64,000 bases of DNA from an uncultured Chthonomonas sp. (GTDB lineage: Bacteria; Armatimonadota; Chthonomonadetes; Chthonomonadales; CAJBBX01): positions 1,063-65,062 of the forward strand of contig CAISJD010000192.1 in assembly GCA_903885605.1 (NCBI GenBank). Reading direction: 5' to 3'. Under the pieces are notes generated by a model. The model saw only the letters and a list, made by a program, of their open reading frames with translations, had not been told where the DNA came from and did not search any database. This document shows, in pieces, positions 47,148 through 56,442 of the stretch. Numbering within the stretch: position 1 is the first letter of the stretch; each line of letters starts with the position of its first letter. The position numbers and the translations under genes are program-made.

Positions 47148-49063
47148 CCTGGCCCCTCGGCGCAGCCATCCTTGCCCTCCTTCCCAGCCCTGCTCGGGCG
47201 GAAGCCCGCATGCCGAACCTGGCCGTCGTCGCCTTCTCAGCGGAGGCAGGCAACAGCCGCGTCGAACTCCCTGGACCCGGCCTGGGACGAGTCTCCGGCG
47301 AGGCCATGCTGGGCACGGCCTACCGCGTGCGCTGGCTCCGCGAAGGTAGCGAGTGGCGCATACGGGCGACGCGCACCGACCGGACCAAGGTTTGGCGGCT
47401 GGCCCTGGAGGCCCGGTACCCCTCAACGACCACAGCCCTGACGCCGTGGCACTTCACGCTGCCCGTCCGTGTGCCCCTGGCGCCGATCGCGCGCAGGGGA
47501 CAGGCATACTGGGTCTGGACCATCGGCGTCCCGTCGAGGCTGGTCTCCGAGGCGCCGGATGGCCGAGCCGCGCTGACACCCATCACGTCGTCGCACCACG
47601 GCTTCTGGATCCTCGGCGAGGCCGACGGCACAACGTCCGCTCAGTTCGGGCTGGACGCGTGGGAGGTGAACGCCTCGACCGAGATGGCATTCCGGCTTGG
47701 CCCCGCGGCTGCAGCCCAACCGGCCGTGACGCCGCCGCCCGGCCCATCCACCCTCAAGGGCTTCCTGCGGGTGGACCGACAGGGCTGGGCCTTCACCGAC
47801 GCTGCCGGCAAGCCGATCCGGATGATGGGCCGCAACCAGCACGACTTCGTCTCCCTGACCCGGAAAGAGCAGGTCGCGTTGTTGCGGGGGATGCGCGCCA
47901 ATGGCATGAACACCCTGCGGATCCTGGTGCAGGACCCGCTCTTCCGGCCGCTGCCCGGCGTCTGGAATGGGGAGGCGATCCGCAGGCTCAGGCAGGCGCT
48001 GGACCTCTGCGCGTCGTTCGGCATTCGCGTCGTAATCTGCCTGGAGCTCAGCGGCTGCGGCTACCAGTACAGCATCTCTCAGCACGCCTCGCCCTGCTGG
48101 TCGGACCTGTACGTTCTTCCCGAGGCCCGCGTCTGGTATGCCGACATGGTGGACAAGGTGGTGAGGCCGCTGAGGACCCATCCCGCCGTGGCCGCCTGGG
48201 ATGTCACCAACGAACCGGACATGCCGCCCGACCCCGCCTCGCGTGTCCAGGCCGAGGCCTTCCGGGCCTGGCGGGCGGCCAACAGGCCCTCCGGCGGGCC
48301 AATGCCGCTCCCCACCGTGGCCGAGTACGAGGCACAGAACACAGAGGCAGGGCGGGACTACTGGGCGTGGTCTTCCTCCGCCCTCGCGGACGCCGTGATC
48401 GCCCGCGCCCGCATGGTGCGCCGCGCCGACCCGAACCACCTGATCACGCTCAGCGCCTGGGATCCGCGCCTGCTTCGCGGCCACAAGGGCGCCGAGGCCT
48501 TCGACTACTGGTCGCCGCACACCTACGACCTCTGGCTCAACGGGCCAGTGATCGAGAAGCACCTCCTCGGACTGGTGCTGGGCCAGCGGAATGCCCTGCC
48601 GGACCGCCCGCGCCCGGTGGTGATCGAGGAGTTCGGCATGAGCGAGGCGCCCGACCGCCCCGAAGCGCTTCGTGCCGAGCATGTCCGGCAGTTCCTGGCC
48701 GCCGCGGCGAAGTTCCGTGCAGGCGGCATCCTGCACTGGTGGGACATGGCCCCGGCGCTGCTGGAGCCCTACCGCACCGCGCCGGCCATGGCGCCGCCCC
48801 TCGCCGGCAAGCCGCTGGCGATCTGGCTACCGCCCTCGCGCTATGCGTCCACCGTCATCTACAGCCGGTACATGGATCGCCGGAAGTGGGAGGAGGCGCT
48901 CTGGAAGGCGGTAGAGGCAGGCTACTCGCCGCGGTTCATCGCCGCGCCGTCCGAGGCGTCGGGGATGGCCGCACTACTGCAGCTCGACGAGCCCGCGCCG
49001 GGCGACGAGGCTGCCTTCGCAGCCGGAACAGGGCTTCCCGCATGGGCGCCCATGCCTCGGTAG
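47144..49063 (+). CDS. secreted clan GH-A (GH5-like) glycoside hydrolase with N-terminal unknown domain
   Basis: GTG 47144 overlaps the GNAT stop (GTGA). Signal-like (M)TWPLGAAILALLPSPARA. GMNTLRILV, WDVTNEPD (acid/base) and VVIEEFGMS (nucleophile) are present. Confidence 0.6.
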   Translation: MTWPLGAAILALLPSPARAEARMPNLAVVAFSAEAGNSRVELPGPGLGRVSGEAMLGTAYRVRWLREGSEWRIRATRTDRTKVWRLALEARYPSTTTALTPWHFTLPVRVPLAPIARRGQAYWVWTIGVPSRLVSEAPDGRAALTPITSSHHGFWILGEADGTTSAQFGLDAWEVNASTEMAFRLGPAAAAQPAVTPPPGPSTLKGFLRVDRQGWAFTDAAGKPIRMMGRNQHDFVSLTRKEQVALLRGMRANGMNTLRILVQDPLFRPLPGVWNGEAIRRLRQALDLCASFGIRVVICLELSGCGYQYSISQHASPCWSDLYVLPEARVWYADMVDKVVRPLRTHPAVAAWDVTNEPDMPPDPASRVQAEAFRAWRAANRPSGGPMPLPTVAEYEAQNTEAGRDYWAWSSSALADAVIARARMVRRADPNHLITLSAWDPRLLRGHKGAEAFDYWSPHTYDLWLNGPVIEKHLLGLVLGQRNALPDRPRPVVIEEFGMSEAPDRPEALRAEHVRQFLAAAAKFRAGGILHWWDMAPALLEPYRTAPAMAPPLAGKPLAIWLPPSRYASTVIYSRYMDRRKWEEALWKAVEAGYSPRFIAAPSEASGMAALLQLDEPAPGDEAAFAAGTGLPAWAPMPR

Positions 49064-49132
49064 GCTTCCAGGCGTCCGTCGTCGGCCACAATAGGACGAA
49101 CCATCGACCGTTCGCGAACCGGAGGCGCCTTG

Positions 49133-50077
49133 ATGACCCTTGCCATGAGCCTTGCCGCCGCCCTGGCGCTCTGCGCCCTGACGGGAGCCGCATCCGCCGA
49201 GCCCGGGCCGCCGAAGACCTACCGCAACCCGATCCTCAATGCGCCGGGCGCCGCCGACCCCACCGTGATCCGCTACAAGGGGCTCTACTACCTCTACCCC
49301 ACGCTGGATAGCCGGGGCTACGACGTCTGGACCTCGAAGGACCTGGTGAACTGGACGCCTCGCGGCAAGTGCTACACCGACGCGCGCGGCGGCGTCTGGG
49401 CGCCGGATGTCTTCTACAACGCCAGGGGCGACAAGCGCTTCTATCTCTACTACACCGCGGACAACCCGAAGGGCGGCAAGCTCGTGGGCGTGGCCGTGGC
49501 CGACGGGCCGCTGGGGCCGTTCGTCGACAAGGGCGTGCTGGTGGAAGGCGCCATCGACGCCCACCTGGTGCGCGACGACGACGGCAAGTGTTACCTCTAC
49601 TACGTGATGCTGCCGGGCGGCTTCCGCATCATGGTCTCGCCCATGGCCGACCTGCTCACCCTCACCGGCGAGCCGCGCCTCTGCATCAAGCCGGAACTGC
49701 CCTGGGAGCGCGCCGACGGCGAGGTGACCGAAGGGCCGTGGATGATCAAGCGGAAGGGCGTCTTCTACCTGATGTACTCGGGCAGCGGCGCCATGGGTCC
49801 GGACTACGCCATCGGCTACGCCACGTCGAAGTCGCCCCTGGGCCCCTTCGTGAAACACCCCGGCAACCCCATCGCCCACCGGGGAGGCGGCATCTACGGG
49901 CCGGGGCACCACTGCGTCGTTGCAGGGCCGGACAAGCGGCTCTGGCTGGTCTACCACCAGAAGAACACGGACCGGCGCGACTGGGACCGCTTCCTCGCCA
50001 TCGACCCGCTCTGGTTCGACGATCAGGGCGTCATCCACGCCCGCCTCTCGCGCGGCACCGACGAGCCCGCGCCGTAG
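49133..50077 (+). CDS. glycoside hydrolase family 43 (beta-xylosidase / alpha-L-arabinofuranosidase type), secreted
   Basis: GGAGG 7 nt before ATG 49133. Signal MTLAMSLAAALALCALTGAASA. YRNPIL..PGAADPTVIRYKGLYYLY and WAPDVFY show the five-bladed propeller pattern. Confidence 0.85.
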   Translation: MTLAMSLAAALALCALTGAASAEPGPPKTYRNPILNAPGAADPTVIRYKGLYYLYPTLDSRGYDVWTSKDLVNWTPRGKCYTDARGGVWAPDVFYNARGDKRFYLYYTADNPKGGKLVGVAVADGPLGPFVDKGVLVEGAIDAHLVRDDDGKCYLYYVMLPGGFRIMVSPMADLLTLTGEPRLCIKPELPWERADGEVTEGPWMIKRKGVFYLMYSGSGAMGPDYAIGYATSKSPLGPFVKHPGNPIAHRGGGIYGPGHHCVVAGPDKRLWLVYHQKNTDRRDWDRFLAIDPLWFDDQGVIHARLSRGTDEPAP

Positions 50078-50137
50078 GTCTGGATCTCCGGCCGCCGGGC
50101 GGAGCGCGTTTGCCCGCCCGGTGGCCATTGATGGAGC

Positions 50138-53100
50138 TTACGGAACCACGTTGAACGCGGCGTTGGCCGAGGCGGACGAGTACCACGCGTCGCCCGCGAA
50201 GGCGGCGGTGGCCGTGTGGGCTCCCAGCGCCTCGCCGGCGGGCATGGCCCAGGTGGCGCTTGCCCAGCCGTCGGCGGCCACCGTGCCGCTCCCGACGCCC
50301 GTGCCGTTCACGCTGAAGGCGATGCTCTTGCCGGGCAGGATGACGTAGTCCGGCAGGCTGCGGACGTAGGCCTTCAGCAGGTGGTTGGTCCCCTTCTTGG
50401 CGGAGCGGACGTAGGGCCAGATGTAGATGTCGCCCTTGGTGACGGTGAGCTTGCCGTTGTTGGCCGAGGCCACGTAGCCGCCGTCGCCGGCCCACTCGCT
50501 GCGAACCGTGCGGATGCCCGCGCCAGAGCCCTCCGGCACCGTGTAGCCGAGCTGGGCGTAGCCCGCCGCGCGGGTCACGTCCGAGCCCAGCACGGAGCCG
50601 TCCACCTTGATCACCATGGTCTTGCCCCCCACCGGCGTGTTATTCAGCAGGTAGAGGTAGGCCTTGAGCACCGTGTACGTCTTGACCTTGGCCGTGCGGT
50701 CGACCACGTAGACCTTGGTGGCCAGGGTTTGGGCCGTCAGCTTGCCCGTGGTGACGCTGGGTCCATACTCCACGTCGCCATCGAACCGGGCCTGGATGGT
50801 CCGGCTGGCTGGCCCATCGCTGATCACCCAGGTCAGCGCGGCCTGGCCGTCGGCGTCCGTGACGGCCGAGCCCACGTCGACGCCCTCGACGCGGAACGCC
50901 ACCGTGCGGCCGCTGAGCCAGGTGTTGTCGGACAGGCGCTTCAGATACCCCTTCAGCGCGATGGAGGTGGTGATGACGCCGGTGCGGTCCGGCGCGTAGA
51001 TCGACGTTCGCGGCCGGTCTGACGCCACGAGCGCCGTGTTGTTGTCCTCGCGGCCCTCGGCAATGGCGTTGCCGGGGTCGGCGACCACGCGGATCTGGGC
51101 CACGTTGACGCCCGCCATGACGGGCACGTCGATCCGCTGGGTGATGAAGCCCGCCAGGCTCGGCACGGTGGTCGAACCGAGTTGCACTACGCCGGGCGTT
51201 CCCGGCACGCCGGTGTAGGCCGCGACCACCAGGTCCGAGAGCGTGTCGAAACTCCGGTTGGTCACCGTGACGTGGGCCGTGCCGGTTCCGTCCCAGTTCC
51301 ACTCGAAGGTGGCGTCAGATGGGTCCACTGCCACGTCGGGCTGGGTCGATACCTCGCCCCAGTAGATCGTGCCCGCCGTGCCGTCGCACCCGTCGGCGCC
51401 GATGCCGCCCGCAGCGGTGACCGTGCCACCCGGGAAGCCCGTTCCGGCGACGCACCGCACGGCTATCCGACCGCCGCCGCCGCCGCCCGCCCGGACTTCG
51501 GGGTGCTCGTCGTGATGTGCAGCGCCTCCGCGAGCTCCGATGAGGCCGGAGCCGGAGAGCGTGGTGCAGGCGATCCGCACACTGCCGCCGGAGCCCGCAC
51601 CCGCATTGGCGTTCGGGTTGCCGTCGGAGATGATGGAGCCGTTCAGCAGGAGCGTGCCCCGGACCGTGACCGCGACGATGCCGCCTCCCGATGAGCCGGG
51701 AATGGCGTCGCCGATGTTGGAGCCGCCGCCGCTGCCCCAGTCGGCGGGCCAGGTGGGCGCGCCGTAGGGGGCGTAGGGGTTCCCGCCGCCGATCCCTCCG
51801 TAGGTTGCGCCGTCACCCGCGCTGTAGTCCCCATGCCCCGGGCCGCTGCGGTTGCCGTTGCCCATGCCCGTGGCGTCGATGGATGCGCCGGCCGCCACCG
51901 TGCAGTCCTGGCCGATCCAGATCTCCACGCCGCGGTTGTCCATCTGCTGGCACCGCAGCGTCGAGCCCGACTCCATCAAGAGGCTCCGCAGGGACATGCC
52001 GGCCACCGATGTGGAGAGCGTCATCGTGGCGTTGCGTATGCGCAGGTCTACGTCCGGCATCTCCAGCACGGGCTGCAGGACCGGACCGATCAGGACCCCG
52101 TTGTCGAATGCCAGCGTCGCAGTGCTGTCGCCCTGCCTCCGGCGGTAGATCGAGCCGGGCCCGCCGTCCATGGAGGAGCCGTTGAGCGCGCCTGCACCGC
52201 CCCGGCACTCTACCGTGCCGGCGAATGCGTCAGCCCCGTAGCTCAGGGCGATGCGCCCGCCGCCGCCGCCGCCTGCCATCCATCCCGCAGGCAGTGCGGA
52301 GATATCCGGCGAGCCGCCGTTGGCCGTGACGACGCCGGACCCCATGAGGGTGCCGACGCTCAGGAGTACCGAGCCGCCCGCTCCGGCGCCCACGTTGGCG
52401 GGGCCGGCTCCGTCGGCGCGGATGGCGCCGTCCAGGAGTAGCGTGCCCGGCACGGTGAGGCGTATGCGCCCTCCGCCTGCGCCGCCGGGATAGGCGTCGC
52501 CTACGTTGGATCCGCCGCCGCTACCCAGGTCTGAGGGCTCGACGATTGAGGCGTAGGCCCACTGGCCGTTCCCCGCGCCGGAGCCGCCGTGGGTGGCTCC
52601 GTTGCCGGCGCTGTATGTGCCCCCGCCAGGGCCGGAGCGGCTGGGGTAGCCAAGGCCGGTCACGTCGATGGAGCCGCCGGACTGGACGGTCAGGTTCTGT
52701 CCGACGGTCGCGCGGAGGCCGAACGAGCCGCTGGGGAGACAGGTGAGCGTTGTGTTCGGACCGAGCGTCAGGCTGCGGGCGTTGAGCCCGTCGGCCTCGT
52801 CGGAAAGGACCATGACCGCGCCGCGCACGACGAGGTCGGCCTCGGGCCGCGCGAAGGCCACCTGGTAGATCGCGCCGATGGCGCCGCCGTTGTCAAAGGT
52901 CAGGTTCGCCGCGGTCGCTCCGGTCTGCAGCGTATAGATCGAGCCGGGGCCGCCGTCGGCCACCGAGGTGTCGAAGAAGCCGCGGCCGCCCTGGGCGGAT
53001 ACCATGCCCGTGAACGCGGTCGATGCGTAATAGAGCGCCACGCGCCCGCCGCCGCCGCCGCCCGCCTGCCAGCCCGCGGGCAGGGAGGTCACGTCCGGCG

Positions 53101-56100
53101 TGCCGCCGTCGGCGGAGATGACGCCGTTGCCGCTGAGCGATCCGACGGTGGCGTAGATGGAGCCGCCCGAGCCGCCGCCTGTGTTGGGCGCACTGCCTCC
53201 CTCGGCCAGGATGGCGCCGCTGTTGGCCAGCGCGCCGTGTACGATCAGGCGTATCTTCCCGCCGCCCGCGCCGCCGGGGTAGGCGTCGCCTACGTTCGAG
53301 CCGCCGCCGCTACCGAAGTCGGTGGGCTCGACGATGGAGCCGTACGCCCATCGGCCGTTGCCGGCTCCCGAGCCGCCGTAGGTGGCGCCGTTGCCTCCGC
53401 TGTAGTCGCCGCCGCCCGGGCCCTGCCGGCTGGGGTAGCCCGCGCCGGTTACGTCGAGGGAGGCCGATGCTGCGACCGTCAGGTCTTGCCAGACCGTCAG
53501 CCGCAGGCCGGGGTCGTTGGCGCCGAGGCATGTGATCACGCTACCCTCGCCGACGGCGAGATTGCGGGCGCCCATGCCGGCGGGATCGGGCGATAGTGTC
53601 ATCACGGCGCCCAGCACCGTCACGTCCGTGTTCGGCATGTCGAAGACCGGCTGCATCACGTTGCCGACCTGCCCGTTGTTATCGTACAGCAGAGTGGATT
53701 GGGTCTCCCCGTTGCGCTGCATGAAGATCGTGCCCGGTCCGCCGTACAGGGGCGTGGTGTAGATTCTCCCCGCGCCGCCGCGAGCGTCCATGCGGCCCGC
53801 GAAGGTGTTGGCGTCGTAGTGCGCCGCGATCCGTCCGCCGCCTCCGCCGCCTGCCGGCCAGCCTTCGGGCAGGGCGGAGACGTCAGGCGACCCGCCCACG
53901 GCCTCGATGAGGCCCGAGCCGGCCAGGGAGCCGACCTTCAGGTGGATAGAGCCGCCGGAGCCGCCGCCTGCGTTAGCCGGGCCGATCCCATCCGATAGGA
54001 CCGAGCCTTCCACGGTGAGGGCGCCGGCGACGGTCAGGTCCACCAGCGCGCCGCCGGAGCCGCCCGGCCATGCGTCGCCGACATTGGGTCCGCCGCCGCT
54101 GCCCAGGTCGGTCGGCGCCTCGATGCTGCCGTAGACCCAACGGCCGTTGCTGGCTCCCGATCCGCCGTAGGTCGCGCCGTTGCCGGCGCTGTAGTCGCCG
54201 CTACCCGATCCCTGGCGGCTGGGATAGCCCAGTCCGGAGCCGTCCAGTGAGCCGCCGGGTCCCACCGTCAGGTCCTGCGCGGTGGTGATCTTAATGCCGT
54301 CGGCCGTGGCCTGCTGGCACAGGATCACAGAGCCGGCATCAACGGTCAAGTTCCGCACGCTCAGGCCGGCCGCATCGCTGGAGAGCGTCATCACGGCGCC
54401 CTTGATCGTCATGTCCAGATCGGTCATGGCGAAGACGGGCTGCAGCACCGGACCGGTCAGCGCGCCGTTGTCGAAGAGCAGTGTGGCGAAGGCCGCGCCG
54501 GACTGCCGCATATAGAGCGTGCCCGGCCCGCCGACCGCTGCCGTGCTGTTGACGCGCCCATGCCCGCCGCAAGCCTGGTAGGCGCCGGTGTAGTTGAGGG
54601 TCTGGTACTCGATGCCGATCCGCCCGCCGCCGCCGCCGCCGGCCAGCCAGCCGTCGGGCAACGCCGAGGTATCCGGCGAGCCGCCGACGGCCGAGATCAG
54701 GCCTGAGCCCGCCAGCGTGCCCACGGCGAACCGCAGGCTGCCGCCGGAGCCGCCGCCGGCGTTGGCCGGGCCGATGCCGTCGGCGCGGACCGAGCCGTCC
54801 ACGGTGCAGACGCCGCCCACCGTGATGCCGGCGATGCCGCCGCCCGGGCCGCCCGGCCATGCGTCGCCCACGTTGGGTCCGCCGCCGCTACCGTAGTCGA
54901 CCGGAGCAGTGAACGAGCCATAGGCCCAGCGCCCGTTGCCGTAGCCCGAGCCGCCATAGGTCGCTCCGTTACCGGCGCTGTAGTCGCCGCCGCCGGTTCC
55001 CTGCCGGTTCGGATGCCCCGTACCGTTGACATCGATGGAGCAGCCCGCATCCACCGTCAGGTCTCCGGAGACCTGCAGCGGAAGGCCGAACCCGTCCACT
55101 GCGGGACAGGTTGCCTCGGCGGCGGTCATGAGCCGCATGTCGGCCACCTGGATGGGTCCGCTGCTGCAGCTGAAGCAGATACGCGCCATGGCGAGCGTCA
55201 GGTCGGCGTCGGGAAGGGCCACGGCCGCGTGCTGGGTATAGCCGAAAGCCGGGCCGTTGTTGAACTCGACTGTCTCGTGCGACGTGCCCAGCCCGTGGCA
55301 GTAGACGGTGCCGGGGCCGCCGTTGCATGCAGCCGTCCCGTAGACGCCCAGGCCGCCGCGGGCCTGCATCTGGCCGCTGAACGTGCTCGTGGTCCAGGTC
55401 ACGGAGACCCGGCCGCCGCCGCCGCCGCCCGCCCGCCAGCCGGGGGTCATCCCGGAGACGTCCGGCGTTCCGCCGTTGGCTACGAAGGTTCCATCCCCCG
55501 CCAGGGTCGTCGCGCTCAGGCGGATCGAGCCGCCCGCGCCGCCGCCCGCGTTGGCCGGGCCGATGCCGTCGGAGCGGATGTTGCCCTCCACCCGGCAGAG
55601 GCCGCCCACTGTCAGGTCGATAAGCCCGCCTCCCGTGCCTCCCGGCCAGGCGTCTCCGAGGTTCGAGCCGCCGCCCGAGCCGTAGTCGGCGGGCGCGGTG
55701 ACGGAGTCATTGGCCCACCTCCCGCTGTCGCCGCCTGTGCCGCCGTGCGTGGCTCCGTTACCGGCGCTATAGTCACCGTTGCCGGGGCCGTTTCGGCTCG
55801 GGTACCCATGGCCCGAGGCGTCGATCCGGCTGCCGCTCTCGACCGTGAGGTCGCCGGAGACGGCAATCTGCAGCGCAGGTCCGGCCGGTGCCACGACGCC
55901 GCTGTCGCGGACGAGCAGGCTGGCGTAGGATGCCCCTCCTCCTCCGCAGTCGATGGTCAGCGTACAGCCGGTGACGATGATCGGCTCGCCGGTGTACGAG
56001 CCGGCCGGTATCGTGGTGTCGCTGGTGAACTCCACGGCCTGCGCGATGCCCGGGGCCAGGCCCACCAGGCAACAGAGCGCGGCAACGGCGGCCCGTAGCC

Positions 56101-56128
56101 GCCCGATCTTCGAGATGACATGCAGCAT
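50138..56128 (-). CDS. giant secreted protein (1996 aa): six 263-aa glycine-rich repeat modules + CARDB domain + three Ig-like domains
   Basis: GGGAGAG 7 nt before ATG 56128. Signal MLHVISKIGRLRAAVAALCCLVGLAPGIAQA. Six modules each contain DLTV..G.SID..G.GYPSR.GPG.GDYSAGNGATYGG...GSGGG.NVGDA.PGG.GGG...GPANAGGG.GGS....GGGGGGR. CARDB-like segment aa ~1596-1702 (...VVADPGNAIAEGREDNNTA). Three Ig-like repeats follow to the C-terminus. The track ORF (to 57292) continues upstream only as R/P/H-rich sequence overlapping the next gene. Confidence 0.75.
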   Translation of the reverse strand: MLHVISKIGRLRAAVAALCCLVGLAPGIAQAVEFTSDTTIPAGSYTGEPIIVTGCTLTIDCGGGGASYASLLVRDSGVVAPAGPALQIAVSGDLTVESGSRIDASGHGYPSRNGPGNGDYSAGNGATHGGTGGDSGRWANDSVTAPADYGSGGGSNLGDAWPGGTGGGLIDLTVGGLCRVEGNIRSDGIGPANAGGGAGGSIRLSATTLAGDGTFVANGGTPDVSGMTPGWRAGGGGGGRVSVTWTTSTFSGQMQARGGLGVYGTAACNGGPGTVYCHGLGTSHETVEFNNGPAFGYTQHAAVALPDADLTLAMARICFSCSSGPIQVADMRLMTAAEATCPAVDGFGLPLQVSGDLTVDAGCSIDVNGTGHPNRQGTGGGDYSAGNGATYGGSGYGNGRWAYGSFTAPVDYGSGGGPNVGDAWPGGPGGGIAGITVGGVCTVDGSVRADGIGPANAGGGSGGSLRFAVGTLAGSGLISAVGGSPDTSALPDGWLAGGGGGGRIGIEYQTLNYTGAYQACGGHGRVNSTAAVGGPGTLYMRQSGAAFATLLFDNGALTGPVLQPVFAMTDLDMTIKGAVMTLSSDAAGLSVRNLTVDAGSVILCQQATADGIKITTAQDLTVGPGGSLDGSGLGYPSRQGSGSGDYSAGNGATYGGSGASNGRWVYGSIEAPTDLGSGGGPNVGDAWPGGSGGALVDLTVAGALTVEGSVLSDGIGPANAGGGSGGSIHLKVGSLAGSGLIEAVGGSPDVSALPEGWPAGGGGGGRIAAHYDANTFAGRMDARGGAGRIYTTPLYGGPGTIFMQRNGETQSTLLYDNNGQVGNVMQPVFDMPNTDVTVLGAVMTLSPDPAGMGARNLAVGEGSVITCLGANDPGLRLTVWQDLTVAASASLDVTGAGYPSRQGPGGGDYSGGNGATYGGSGAGNGRWAYGSIVEPTDFGSGGGSNVGDAYPGGAGGGKIRLIVHGALANSGAILAEGGSAPNTGGGSGGSIYATVGSLSGNGVISADGGTPDVTSLPAGWQAGGGGGGRVALYYASTAFTGMVSAQGGRGFFDTSVADGGPGSIYTLQTGATAANLTFDNGGAIGAIYQVAFARPEADLVVRGAVMVLSDEADGLNARSLTLGPNTTLTCLPSGSFGLRATVGQNLTVQSGGSIDVTGLGYPSRSGPGGGTYSAGNGATHGGSGAGNGQWAYASIVEPSDLGSGGGSNVGDAYPGGAGGGRIRLTVPGTLLLDGAIRADGAGPANVGAGAGGSVLLSVGTLMGSGVVTANGGSPDISALPAGWMAGGGGGGRIALSYGADAFAGTVECRGGAGALNGSSMDGGPGSIYRRRQGDSTATLAFDNGVLIGPVLQPVLEMPDVDLRIRNATMTLSTSVAGMSLRSLLMESGSTLRCQQMDNRGVEIWIGQDCTVAAGASIDATGMGNGNRSGPGHGDYSAGDGATYGGIGGGNPYAPYGAPTWPADWGSGGGSNIGDAIPGSSGGGIVAVTVRGTLLLNGSIISDGNPNANAGAGSGGSVRIACTTLSGSGLIGARGGAAHHDEHPEVRAGGGGGGRIAVRCVAGTGFPGGTVTAAGGIGADGCDGTAGTIYWGEVSTQPDVAVDPSDATFEWNWDGTGTAHVTVTNRSFDTLSDLVVAAYTGVPGTPGVVQLGSTTVPSLAGFITQRIDVPVMAGVNVAQIRVVADPGNAIAEGREDNNTALVASDRPRTSIYAPDRTGVITTSIALKGYLKRLSDNTWLSGRTVAFRVEGVDVGSAVTDADGQAALTWVISDGPASRTIQARFDGDVEYGPSVTTGKLTAQTLATKVYVVDRTAKVKTYTVLKAYLYLLNNTPVGGKTMVIKVDGSVLGSDVTRAAGYAQLGYTVPEGSGAGIRTVRSEWAGDGGYVASANNGKLTVTKGDIYIWPYVRSAKKGTNHLLKAYVRSLPDYVILPGKSIAFSVNGTGVGSGTVAADGWASATWAMPAGEALGAHTATAAFAGDAWYSSASANAAFNVVP

Positions 56129-56360
56129 CGATCTGCTCTCCCGGCGCCGTAGCAGGGCGCCATGCAGGACGCGTAGGCCGTCATCGGCCCGGTCGCACGC
56201 CCCGCCTTCACTTGGTAGAGAGCGCAACGCCGGATCGTGATAGGCCGTTGGGCTCCATGCACGCCGAGAGCGCTCAATGCCTTGCTTCTTCGGCATCTTG
56301 GCGGTGATTCCTCCGTCCCTGGAAGGCCACGAGCGCCGGGCTACCGGGGATCGTGCGCGC

Positions 56361-56410
56361 AAAGGGGGCCTGCATACTGCCACGCTGAGCGCAGCAGTAC
56401 GCAGGCCCCC
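56361..56410 (-). terminator. stem-loop terminator after the sulfatase-like gene
   Basis: On the minus strand, GGGGGCCTGCGTACTGC...GCAGTATGCAGGCCCCC forms a 17-bp stem with one G:U pair, followed by TTTG. It lies 33 nt downstream of the stop at 56443. Confidence 0.5.
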
Positions 56411-56442
56411 TGATCCGGCAGGATGGACGGGGCGGCGCGCCC

